A stretch of 27,570 nt of DNA, taken from contig JAQGDQ010000983.1 of the NCBI GenBank assembly GCA_030141605.1, forward strand, positions 45,645 to 73,214, written 5' to 3'. Of this stretch, positions 1-12,653 are shown piece by piece. Position 1 is the stretch's first letter, and each line of letters starts with the position of its first letter. The translations under genes were made by a program, and so were the position numbers. The notes beneath the pieces are model-generated. The model did not search any database. It worked only from the letters and a program-made list of their open reading frames with translations, and had not been told where the DNA came from. The DNA is from Tubiluchus corallicola. Taxonomy: Eukaryota > Animalia > Priapulida.

Positions 1-834
1 TGATGGACTGTAACATATATATTGTACAATGTTTACATACACAAACAACATTAACAACGGTGCAAACACATAAACAATAATAATCAGTGTAATCATCTAA
101 GTAAACTAATCAAGCAATCCATAACTAGCAGTCTAGGACGGGGTTAATGACTGTGGTCTCTATAACTCAGTATCTACACGTTATCAATGAGTTAGGACAG
201 AACCAAGCTTTTATAACATTCGACATTCATATATGCCTAGAAATAGGTAAATTACAAGAGTAAGATTACGTATGTCATAAACATTTGCATTTGCAAGGTC
301 TGAACTTGATTTTACCTATGCATTCGGCTTCGGCAAGTGTTTAAAGTTCATCGCGACTGTTGACTACAGTCCGCGACACATCCAATATTGCCAGATCTAT
401 TTAACGTACATCGTTGCGGTCATACTGGTATCTAGCTGATTACTAGCAATAAATGTACGCCCTCCTTTTGTGGAAAAATAGCTATGAATTTGCCGAGAGG
501 AGGTTCTCAGCAGTCAGTCATCAATGTGTTAGACGAACTTTTATTGCTTAACTGTCGCAGTCATTAGTCAAACACTTCCACTGTCAAAAAAATGTCAAAG
601 TGTCTAGTAAAATGAAATTTCTATGCCAGCTTTCACAACTAGTCACAATGAAACGAACAATAGAACTTAATTCAATTACTGTTTATTGATTTTATTCGTT
701 CCTGTTCATCAGTGGTTAAGCGTTAATCAATTATCTTAATACGAGTAAAACGTAATTAATGTTATTTTTGTCTCGACAGTAATTAACTGCTTTAGATGAT
801 GTAACCCTAATTGACATCAAACATATTGGTTTAT

Positions 835-912
835 CGCTCCGCCTCCGCTGTGACGTAACCACGCTCCGCCTCCGCTGTGATGTAACCACGCTCCGCCTCC
901 GCTGTGATGTAA
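835..912. repeat. 27-bp tandem repeat, ~3 copies (CGCTCCGCCTCCGCTGTGAYGTAACCA)
   Basis: Units start at 835, 862 and 889; read directly. Confidence 0.9.
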
Positions 913-956
913 GCAAGCAGCATTCGGGCCAACAGCTCACGCAGGACAACAACTGT

Positions 957-1111
957 CTAAGCTAAACTAAACTGAACTGAACTGAATTGAACCGAACCGA
1001 ACCGAACCGATCCGAACCGAACCGAACCGAACCGAACCGAACCGAACCGAACCGAACCGAACCGAACTAAACTAAACTAAACTAAACTAAACTAAACTAA
1101 ACTAAACTAAA
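957..1111. repeat. Compound pentanucleotide microsatellite (AAACT)n-(GAACT)n-(GAACC)n-(AAACT)n
   Basis: Read directly from the sequence. Confidence 0.95.
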
Positions 1112-3302
1112 CAAACAACATGACAGTCACAATTAATGTCTAATCAGCAGATAAACTGATTGCTCTTTGTCATAAACACAAATTTGCAGAGCAGCAGCTA
1201 TTTTTAAACGAAATTAACACTTCAAGCAGCCAAAAATGACTTTTCAATTTAAATGTAGAGACGAAGTTTCAAAGCACTACACAATAGAGAGACATAAGTA
1301 TAATAAAGAAACTAAACCAGTTAGCTTTGCTTTACAATAAATCAGCAACAAAAATATTAAGTCTTTCTTGGCTTTCAACATACGAACGTCTTTTATGCCT
1401 GCGATGTATTTTTCTATTGTAACCGACCATAAGCTCGTCTGCAAGATTTATATGCTCTTGGCTTTGCGTAACCGAGCTTAGCGTGTTTTCTAAAAGCGTT
1501 CATAGATGGCGCAAAGTACTGATATCGCGTGAATTGTATTATGGCGAGACGTGGGAACTGGATTCTGCTATGTTCGTCGTTTTTAATAAATTTTAATCAA
1601 AAAAGCTGATTATTCAATAATCACTCTGTGTTTTAGCCACATTCAAAGCAAGATTGGGTCTAGGTGGTATCATGTTGTATTCAGATTCAGAAAGTGGCGT
1701 AATTAATAGGGGAGCAATTCCTCCCCCGAGTACATTTTTCAAAAACACTCGCCTTTTCAACAACTTTTAACTCTTTAGCTCACTTGTGTGACAAAAGTCA
1801 AATCTTTTCCTATGTTTAAAATTGAAATATTTAATTGTTTTTATTATGTGTTTTGAGATTTATGAGTTCACTGTAAAACTTGTATTGTCTTTTAATATTC
1901 AATACAAATAACAAATAAGTACTTCATTTAAAACTGTATCTTCCCCGTGTTTTGACTTTAAACACAAATTGCAAATGCATAATCAGTGGGTTAAAGATTG
2001 TTTGGTATTTGTAGCAGCGTCTTCTTGTGTGTTTCCTCCACATAACTCTAGAACCTGGCTACGCCCCTGGATACATAAGTTAGCAGTTATGCTTAATCAT
2101 GTGTAACAGGTGCACGAGTATTATACAGCTAGGTTACGTACTTATTATACGTACAGTTAGAATCTAAGAAAACGTCATTTCTAGTCAGACATTCACCCTC
2201 ATTAAGGTCAAGTCCATATAGAAGCATGAAGGACAGGGCAACGGTGTCCGTTACAAGGAGTATCCGAGGCAACCCTGAACAAGAAGCCATGGAGGCGGAA
2301 CTACACGACGGATTCACAGCAATAAATGTTTTAAAGTATCGCTTTTGATCATTAGGAGAATTATTGTACATTGTGAATGAAATAAACAGGATCGGATTTT
2401 GATTTTATAGGTCCCTGGGCTGCAGATATAGTGAGGGCCCGACCCCCCAGTGACAATTAACAAAAGCATGAATGTTGGATTCTTCAAATCGGTTTATTCA
2501 ACTTCTACAACATCATGCCAACGATTGGCCCGCACAGATGGGTGCAAGTCTAACACAATAAAAAGAGAAGAGATATTCTGATATTTACAAATTTAAAATA
2601 AGTTTTTGAAATATTAAATATAATACGTGCAAATTACAATAAATAGTTGATCAAACAACTTAATATTTTAAAATTTAATGGTTTTGTATGTATGAAAGTT
2701 TCCTGTTTTGATACTATTCTTCCTAATATTTTACTAATTTGTTTACACTAGAAAAAACACTTTATATGTACACTAAGTACTAGGCAGTTCAACGACTATC
2801 ATATACCAAAAGTAAGAACTGACCTTATGAAACATTTTATTGGTTGTCACGACCCCTTTATGAAACAGTTTGTCTTGTGAAATGAAAAAAGTTAAATCCC
2901 ACTCGTGTTTTAAAAACAAAATGAGAATTATATTATAATATTTGTATAATGCAAAATAGCTTTTTTACTACAATTTGTTTACTTACATTATTGGAACGTT
3001 TTTTCATTTATTTTTACCTATTTATATCATCCATTTTTATTAACTGTCAACGGAGAACTTATGATAGTAATTGTAGTAGTTTATTTATGTTTATAATTTT
3101 TACAAACTTAGTCCCAGCATCGTACAAATTGCATCATTAATTTGGTTTTAATTTTAAATAAAGTTCGTAATATTTGTTTTACAGACATTCGTAACAGGTG
3201 CTGTAATGCACAGTGTGCATTAATGAACATTGATGGAAAAACATAGATAACTTCTACGCATACTATTGTATATATGTAATTAACTGTGACACTGTATCTC
3301 GA

Positions 3303-3710
3303 CACTAGGCGGAGGAGCTGCACAAGCAGCCAACGGCTAGAGGCGGAGGAGGTCAAGTGACCCACGGCCATGTGTAAAGGGGTAAACCTTCCAAATCAGG
3401 AGTGGAGCCCCAAAGACAGACCAGTGCAGCATGCTCACTGACTCCGGCAGCTCCTGCAGCCAACCTGGTGCCAAACGTATCGCTCCGCTTTCCTCTGGAC
3501 TACACCAGGGAGGAAGAAAGGGGGTTCCCGTTGTCTGGACAACTCAGGATCTCCATACACCTTGCCCAGGCGTGCACTCTGGAGAGGCCACTCCAGTGGT
3601 TCAAGGATCGGATTGCTCAGCCACAGTCGACGCTGCAACTCCATCAATGTGATCAATAACTGACTCTCTTGACGCACATTCCTTTGTCTTCCGAGACAGA
3701 AGGTTGCCAA
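3303..3710 (+). mobile_element. GC-rich interspersed-repeat-like segment, possibly a non-autonomous RTE-clade retroelement or SINE
   Basis: Sharp GC-rich island in AT-rich DNA. Motifs GGCAGCTCCTGC..CTGGTGCCAAACGTATCG, CTCCATA..TTGCCCAGGC..CTGGAGAGGCCACTCCA and a terminal hairpin CCTTTGTCT-TCCG-AGACAGAAGG recall RTE-associated UTR sequences of invertebrates (from memory, not a database search). No RT coding seen. Confidence 0.4.
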
Positions 3711-3902
3711 CCAATTAACTGTGATAATTATAGTTATGTTTCATACATTATGCATGTAGGGATTTATTATATCATTTTAGTGAATTTGACCGTATGTCTC
3801 ACGAAGTTTTTGGGATCCAAATTATCAGCTGTTGTGGTCATCATCATCATCGTAGCTGACGCACTCGCTGCTTATGTTGTTGTCAGTTTTTATGATATTG
3901 TG

Positions 3903-4639
3903 AAAGGAGCTGTGCTACTTACTTTTCAATCATAGAGCAGCGTGTTAAGCAAAAACTACGAATCGCACATAATTTAGTTAACTGATGATAGATGGCGCCA
4001 CTTCATTGCGTTCCATTTGCGGTTATGGACGTTGTTCAAAAATTGCTAGGTTTTAAAAATTTAACAGTCAAGTTATAAGCCTAAAATATTGTAGTGAGGA
4101 GACTATAAACAAGTTGAGTTTTGTACTACGTGGAAATTACGCGCATCATTGACTGAATGCAATCAAAGCACAGAATACCGTTATTTTACAACTAAATTAT
4201 CTATTTGAGGTTTCTTGCTAAACAGAACAGGTTTGATTAAACAAAATAATTTTGTCATTGTGTGCTTTAAGTTACACGATGCGCGCACTTTCCACGTAGT
4301 GTCTGTAGACTTGACGCATAACTTTCAACGAAAACCGATTTTTTACAACGCAGAACGTGAATTTTATAAATTAGTCGTCATTAGTTTTCGATCAAACTAA
4401 ATTTTGCACTTTTGTCACAAGTATTTTGACTGACAACTAAATCGTTGTAATTTCACGGCTGTTTAACTTTCAAAGTTTCCGCTTCGAGTGGCAAACGCTT
4501 CGCCCAGCATGTAATCCAAGTTGAAATAAAAACAAACGACATTTTCCAAAAGCCATCCTCGCTGTTAAGTCAGGATAAGTAAACACTTACGTTCACACGC
4601 TGCAAATGCTTGTGAAATATTTAACTTTTTGCTGCTCCA
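3903..4639. mobile_element. Possible degraded non-autonomous DNA transposon (Kolobok-like ends)
   Basis: TGAAAGGAGCTG at ~3901 and CTGCTCCATTAG at ~4632 are imperfect inverted ends resembling TTAA-AGGAGCAG...CTGCTCCT-TTAA; weak evidence. Confidence 0.2.
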
Positions 4640-4953
4640 TTAGCCTTAGGCGAATCAATAAGTCTAATAATTCTCACATGTGTATAACGTACCTAAACAG
4701 ATGAATTGCTCGCTGCAAGCGGATTCTATGTCAGATCAATTTTATTAGTTTTGGAAATTCAATAAGCGTATTTGTCCTCTACACGCAAAGGGATGCTAGG
4801 TTTCCAAGGGCATAAGTTGTGATGTAAATATATTATTCGTGAATTTTATCGTGCAAGATAAAGAGAAGGTATGAAAGATAGATCGAATGAGAACATGATA
4901 GGAGGAAGGGAAAGGTGTGAGAGAAAGGTAGAGAATGTGAAACTTGGAGAGGC

Positions 4954-5528
<575 letters not shown>

Positions 5529-5749
5529 TAAACAGATATGTATATCCATAAATAAAGGCAATTCAATATATATATATATAACAACATAAGATTTAATGAA
5601 AAAACACTGATAGTAGTTTTAATGATAATAGGCTTAGTAACATAGATATGCAACAATGGACAGAAAAATATACATAATATACAAAATAAGAAGTATTGAA
5701 AGACGTAAATTAATAATCGCTACTGATATTTACGTTATCGTTGATAATA

Positions 5750-5825
5750 ATCATCATCGTCGCCGTCGCCGTGTCGTCGTCACCGTTATTATCATCATCA
5801 TTATCATCATCACTATCCTTATCAT
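5750..5825. repeat. Imperfect (CAT/CGT/CGC)n trinucleotide repeat
   Basis: Read directly. Confidence 0.75.
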
Positions 5826-6151
5826 GAATCTACCTCAAACATGAAATTTTACACGATTATTATTATGCCACAAAAATGAAAAAAACTTTAATATAATACA
5901 ATAATAGCAGATAAAAATAACGATTAATATTAGTGAGTGTATATTATGCGTGTTACACTTACAACTAACTTAATCAAAAGTGGAAAATCTAGCGCTGGCG
6001 TCTACTAACATCCTGTCTATAATTTCATATATAAATTGACATTCAGACGTTTGTAATAAACATGAGAAGGTGCATTTCATTTTTGTTGTCATGTTAAAGG
6101 GGCTAACTTACAATAAGTATTAAAAAGCAGGTCCAGTAGTGGCTTGTCTGT

Positions 6152-9100
6152 ACCAGGAATCATGCTCATGTTTTAATAACAAACGGGAATACTACCAGCA
6201 TGTTCATTCTTCACCTGGAATTATGCTCATGTTTTAATAACAAGCGGGAACACTACCAGCCTGTTCACTCTTCACCTGGAATTATGCTCATGTTTTAATA
6301 ACAAACGGGAACACTACTAACCTGTTCATTCTTCACCAGGAATCATGCTCATGTTTAATAACAAGCGGGAACACTAACAGGCCTGTTCATTCTTCACCTG
6401 GAATTATGCTCATGTTTTAATAACAAGCGGGAACACCAACAGCTTGTTCATTCTTTGCCTGGAATTATGCTCATGTTTTAATAACAAGCGGGAACACTAC
6501 AAGCCTGTTCACTCTTCACCTGGAATCATGCTCATGTTTTAATAACAAGCGGGAACACCAACAGCTTGTTCATTCTTCGCCTGGAATTATGCTCATGTTT
6601 TAATAACAAGTGGGAACACTACTAGCCTGTTCATTCTTCACCTGGAATTATGCTCATGTTTTAATAACAAGCGGGAACACTAACAGCTTGTTCATTCTNN
6701 NNNNNNNNNNNNNNNNNNNNNNNNNNNNNNNNNNNNNNNNNNNNNNNNNNNNNNNNNNNNNNNNNNNNNNNNNNNNNNNNNNNNNNNNNNNNNNNNNNNN
6801 NNNNNNNNNNNNNNNNNNNNNNNNNNNNNNNNNNNNNNNNNNNNNNNNNNNNNNNNNNNNNNNNNNNNNNNNNNNNNNNNNNNNNNNNNNNNNNNNNNNN
6901 NNNNNNNNNNNNNNNNNNNNNNNNNNNNNNNNNNNNNNNNNNNNNNNNTCATGCTCATGTTTGATAACAAGTGGGAACACTAACAGCCTGTTCACTCTTC
7001 ACCTGGAATTATGCTCATGTTTTAATAACAAGCGGGAACACTAACAGCCTGTTCACTCTTCACCAGGAATCATGCTCATGTTTAATAACAAGCGGGAACA
7101 CTAACAGCCTGTTCATTCTTCACCTGGAATCATGCTCATGTTTGATAACAAGTGGGAACACTAACAGCCTGTTCATTCTTCACCTGGAATCATGCTCATG
7201 TTTAATAACAAGTGGGAACACTACTAGCCTGTTCACTCTTCACCAGGAATTATGCTCATGTTTAATAAGTGGGAACACTAACAGCCTGTTCACTCTTCAC
7301 CTGGAATTATGCTCATGTTTTAATAACAAACGGGAACACTACTAACCTGTTCATTCTTCACCTGGAATCATGCTCGTGTTTAATAACAAGTGGGAACACT
7401 ACAAGCTTGTTCCCTCTTCACCTGGAATTATGCTCATGTTTTAATAACAAGTGGGAACACTACTAGCCTGTTCACTCTTCACCAGGAATTATGCTCATGT
7501 TTAATAACAAGTGGGAACACTAACAGCCTGTTCATTCTTCACCAGGAATTATGCTCATGTTTAATAACAAGTGGGAACACTAACAGCTTGTTCATTCTTC
7601 ACCTGGAATCATGCTCATGTTTGATAACAAGTGGGAACACTACAAGCCTGTTCATTCTTCACCTGGAATCATGCTCATGTTTAATAACAAGTGGGAACAC
7701 TAACAGCCTGTTCACTCTTCACCTGGAATCATGCTCATGTTTAATAACAAGTGGGAACACTACTAGCCTGTTCACTCTTCACCAGGAATTATGCTCATGT
7801 TTAATAAGTGGGAACACTAACAGCCTGTTGACTCTTCACCTGGAATCATGCTCATGTTTGATAACAAGTGGGAACACTAACAGCCTGTTCATTCTTCACC
7901 TGGAATCATGCTCATGTTTAATAACAAGTGGGAACACTACTAGCCTGTTCACTCTTCACCAGGAATTATGCTCATGTTTAATAAGTGGGAACACTAACAG
8001 CCTGTTGACTCTTCACCTGGAATCATGCTCATGTTTGATAACAAGTGGGAACACTAACAGCCTGTTCATTCTTCACCTGGAATTATGCTCATGTTTTAAT
8101 AACAAGTGGGGAACACTACTAGCCTGTTCACTCTTCACCAGGAATTATGCTCATGTTTAATAACAAGTGGGAACACTAACAGCCTGTTCACTCTTCACCT
8201 GGAATCATGCTCATGTTTGATAACAAGTGGGAACACTAACAGCCTGTTCATTCTTCACCTGGAATCATGCTCATGTTTAATAACAAGTGGGAACACTAAC
8301 AGCCTGTTCACTCTTCACCTGGAATCATGCTCATGTTTGATAACAAGTGGGAACACTAACAGCCTGTTCATTCTTCACCTGGAATCATGCTCATGTTTAA
8401 TAACAAGTGGGAACACTACAAGCCTGTTCACTCTTCACCAGGAATTATGCTCGTGTTTAATAACAAGTGGGAACACTACAAGCCTGTTCACTCTTCACCA
8501 GGAATTATGCTCATGTTTTAATAACAAGCGGGAACACTACTAGCCTGTTCACTCTTCACCAGGAATTATGCTCGTGTTTAATAACAAGCGGGAACACTAC
8601 AAGCCTGTTCACTCTTCACCAGGAATTATGCTCATGTTTAATAACAAGCGGGAACACTACAAGCCTGTTCATTCTTCACCAGGAATTATGCTCATGTTTA
8701 ATAACAAGCGGGAACACTAACAGCCTGTTCACTCTTCACCTGGAATTATGCTCATGTTTAATAACAAGTGGGAACACTAACAGCCTGTTCACTCTTCACC
8801 TGGAATTATGCTCATGTTTAATAACAAGCGGGAACACTAACAGCCTGTTCATTCTTCACCAGGAATTATGCTCATGTTTGATAACAAGTGGGAACACTAA
8901 CAGCCTGTTCACTCTTCACCTGGAATTATGCTCATGTTTAATAACAAGCGGGAACACTACTAGCCTGTTCACTCTTCACCAGGAATTATGCTCATGTTTA
9001 ATAACAAGTGGGAACACTAACAGCTTGTTCATTCTTCACCCGGAATTATGCTCATGTTTAATAACAAGCGGGAACACTACTAGCCTGTTCACTCTTCACC

Positions 9101-10520
9101 AGGAATTATGCTCATGTTTAATAACAAGTGGGAACACTAACAGCTTGTTCATTCTTCACCCGGAATTATGCTCATGTTTAATAACAAGCGGGAACACTAC
9201 TAGCCTGTTCATTCTTCACCTGGAATGATGCTCATGTTTGATAACAAGTGGGAACACTAACAGCCTGTTCATTCTTCACCTGGAATCATGCTCATGTTTA
9301 ATAACAAGTGGGAACACTAACAGCCTGTTCACTCTTCACCTGGAATCATGCTCATGTTTGATAACAAGTGGGAACACTAACAGCCTGTTCATTCTTCACC
9401 TGGAATCATGCTCATGTTTAATAACAAGTGGGAACACTAACAGCCTGTTCACTCTTCACCTGGAATCATGCTCATGTTTGATAACAAGTGGGAACACTAA
9501 CAGCCTGTTCATTCTTCACCTGGAATCATGCTCATGTTTAATAACAAGTGGGAACACTACAAGCCTGTTCATTCTTCACCTGGAATCATGCTCATGTTTA
9601 ATAACAAGTGGGAACACTACAAGCCTGTTCACTCTTCACCTGGAATCATGCTCATGTTTAATAACAAGTGGGAACACTACAAGCCTGTTCACTCTTCACC
9701 AGGAATTATGCTCATGTTTTAATAACAAGCGGGAACACTACTAACCTGTTCACTCTTCACCAGGAATTATGCTCGTGTTTAATAACAAGTGGGAACACTA
9801 CAAGCCTGTTCACTCTTCACCAGGAATTATGCTCATGTTTAATAACAAGCGGGAACACTACAAGCCTGTTCATTCTTCACCAGGAATTATGCTCATGTTT
9901 AATAACAAGCGGGAACACTACTAGCCTGTTCACTCTTCACCAGGAATTATGCTCATGTTTAATAACAAGCGGGAACACTACTAGCCTGTTCACTCTGCAC
10001 CAGGAATTATGCTTATGTTTAATAACAAGCGGGAACACTAACAGCCTGTTCACTCTTCACCTGGAATTATGCTCATGTTTAATAACAAGCGGGAACACTA
10101 CTAGCCTGTTCACTCTTCACCAGGAATTATGCTTATGTTTAATAACAAGCGGGAACACTAACAGCCTGTTCACTCTTCACCTGGAATTATGCTCATGTTT
10201 AATAACAAGTGGGAACACTAACAGCCTGTTCACTCTTCACCAGGAATTATGCTCATGTTTAATAACAAGTGGGAACACTAACAGCTTGTTCATTCTTCAC
10301 CCGGAATTATGCTCATGTTTAATAACAAGCGGGAACACTAACAGCTTGTTCATTCTTCACCCGGAATTATGCTCATGTTTAATAACAAGCGGGAACACTA
10401 CTAGCCTGTTCATTCTTCACCTGGAATGATGCTCATGTTTTAATAACAAGCGGGAACACGAACAGCTTGTTCCCTCTTCGCCTAGAATCATGCTCATGTT
10501 TTAATAACAAGCGGGAACAC
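6152..10520 (+). repeat. 60-bp tandem satellite array (consensus ATAACAAGYGGGAACACTAACAGCCTGTTCAYTCTTCACCWGGAATYATGCTCATGTTTA), interrupted by the N gap
   Basis: 60-nt periodicity is visible as line-to-line identity (e.g. 8521-9720); 61-nt and 57-nt variant units occur; ~59 units after the gap and ~9 before it. Confidence 0.98.
6699..6948. other. Assembly gap (250 N)
   Basis: Run of N inside the satellite array. Confidence 1.
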
Positions 10521-12391
10521 TTACTCACATTCACATTCTTATTCACACTTACAACCGTTTCCTCGGCCACAGTTCTTCTAACAACCAGCAGTTAGTCTAA
10601 TAAGTTTCTCACTCATCCTCGCAGGAATTATGCATTCAATACGTGCAGACATTCGATTTTCTGGTTTGCAACAGAAAACGGGAAGAAATAAGCAGTGCAA
10701 ATGCAAGTCCAACTTTCTTTGTAACTCAAGAGGCAAAAGAAATAGGAAAAAAAGAGTTGATACAATTTAGCCTCTTTTGTATGCATCACAACTCCCTCGT
10801 AAGCTGCATGTGGTTCAACTGTGTTTCATTGTAGCAGCTAATTGCTTTGCTTCGTCACTCGCATTTTCAACGTTTCCATTTCAATTCTTTTCCAGGAGCA
10901 GTAATGCTGCTGGAAAATCTACTCAATACTGTCAGTAATTAAACCCCAGTGTTTCAGTGCTGTAGAAAATGCCGTAAAATCAGCTATCGCCTGAATATTT
11001 CTAAACTATTATTAATAATAAATTCGCTAATTAATAAGGCATTCGCTGGTGTGTTCCTGTTTTGCGGGTCTTAAGGTAAAGAGTTGTTGTAGCTCTAATT
11101 GCATTGTAATCCAATCTTCTGAACTCATATCGTATTATTTTGCAAATATTAAAAAGGGCATTGACTAGCAGTGTGAATATTCTGATCACCTGCCATTGAC
11201 GTGACGTCACAGTGACGTCACGAAAGGTAAAAAGACAGTGCAAGGCATGGTCTTAGACAGACATGTTCGGTTAATAACAATGTAAGCAACGTTTGGCGTG
11301 TTACATATATAATCATAACAAAGAATTATTCAAGTGTCCTTTTGTTAGTTATTTGCGATGTGCCACAAAAGAGACCTATAGTTAGCTGGCAACTGTAACG
11401 GCAAAGGAATATTAGTCATGATAGCTTATAGTAGAATCTAAACAATGAGGCTGATTTAAAGCGTCTACGTATAAGTGAACTTGCGTTGCAGTTGCCAATT
11501 TTTCATTTTTCAATTCTGTTCTAGTTAATGAGCCTTTTCTCAAATTTCGTTGTGCGCACGCGCAGTTACTGTAGACCAAAGGTTAATGCACCACAGCAAC
11601 GCATCTTATCTACAACCGTCACGCGACATGTGTGTAAAGCAAAGCCGTCTACCGCACCAGTTAAGTAACTTCGGTTGTTTTACATGGACTTTACTTAATT
11701 ATGCATTAGTCTATGCATAGAGTGATTTACTAGCAGGATCTTGCTTTGAGCAAGAAAAAATGAACTAGGTAAGGTTCTAGCTAGCTGTTAAAACTGTTAG
11801 TATTACAATAGCATGGGTTGCGAGGCGTTGCTAAGTGTACACAGATGTGTTGTCTGGTACATGTAACCTTTGACCTTTTCGTGATCATCATCAATCGCTG
11901 GAACTGTGAAAAGGCTTATTCCAAAGTGAAAGTTGACAGATCAGAATTTCATTTCAGAAACGAAGTCTTAAGGCAATTACACAAGTGATGACTACCATCT
12001 AAAGATGACTGGTACCCCCGAAGGCTGGTAATCGTAATGCATGTCATTCCCCTCCGAAAGGAGCAAGACAAATAACACCCGCTCTCCCTCATTCATACAC
12101 GCCACATTACAACCCACCAAATAATTTATACTATAAATGGCTTCCCTCGTAAAATGGCGCTTTTCAACATTCAACTTTCACAAAGCTTCTACTAATCAAG
12201 CATTAGGTTCAAGTTGATCAGACAGATTAGATGATGTAGAACGTTCGCGTGTAATTGAGCTTCTTCAATTGGAAAGCATAATGTTTTATTAAAATTGACA
12301 AACAGCTGCAAACGAACGGGAAGTATGCTCTCTTGTTCCTAGACGGAAGTATGCCCTCTTGTTCGTAGAGAGAAGTATGTTCTCTTGTTCC

Positions 12392-12549
12392 TCACGCTTC
12401 GACCTTGGTCAGCTGTGTTACAGAAGAACTCGGAGAGGGTACCCGCGGCTGTCCACTCGGAGAGCTTCCCGGAGGCACCATAGAGGTCGCATTGTTCGTT
12501 GATGACGTCACATTCCTCGCGGCGTCTGATAGGCCATTCGGGTTCATGC
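12392..12549 (-). other. Inverted second copy of the Shaw/Kv3 terminal coding exon (antisense to the pore exon)
   Basis: Nucleotide-identical reverse complement of 21972-22129, including the TTGCAG acceptor and the TGA stop. Confidence 0.75.
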
Positions 12550-12653
12550 CTGCAACACAACTATCACCACGTTTATAAACTTTAGATGCTGTAAATTGTA
12601 AAAAAATCCAACCTTGATTCATTGCAAAAAAAATGTTCGTTGGAGAAATTTAA

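Noticed and set aside
1693-2069. hAT-like MITE (AAGTGGCGTAAT ... GGCTACGCCCCTG), and a similar GC-rich end at ~2387-2450
   Set aside because: The inverted ends are too degenerate and no 8-bp TSD was found; probably old transposon debris but not supportable.
6152-10520. CRISPR-like array or Cys/His repeat protein (CSCLITSGNTNSLFTLHLE) in the 60-bp repeats
   Set aside because: Units are fully tandem with no unique spacers and no cas genes in a eukaryotic context. The ORFs arise from a 3n unit and are broken repeatedly by 61-bp units and stops.
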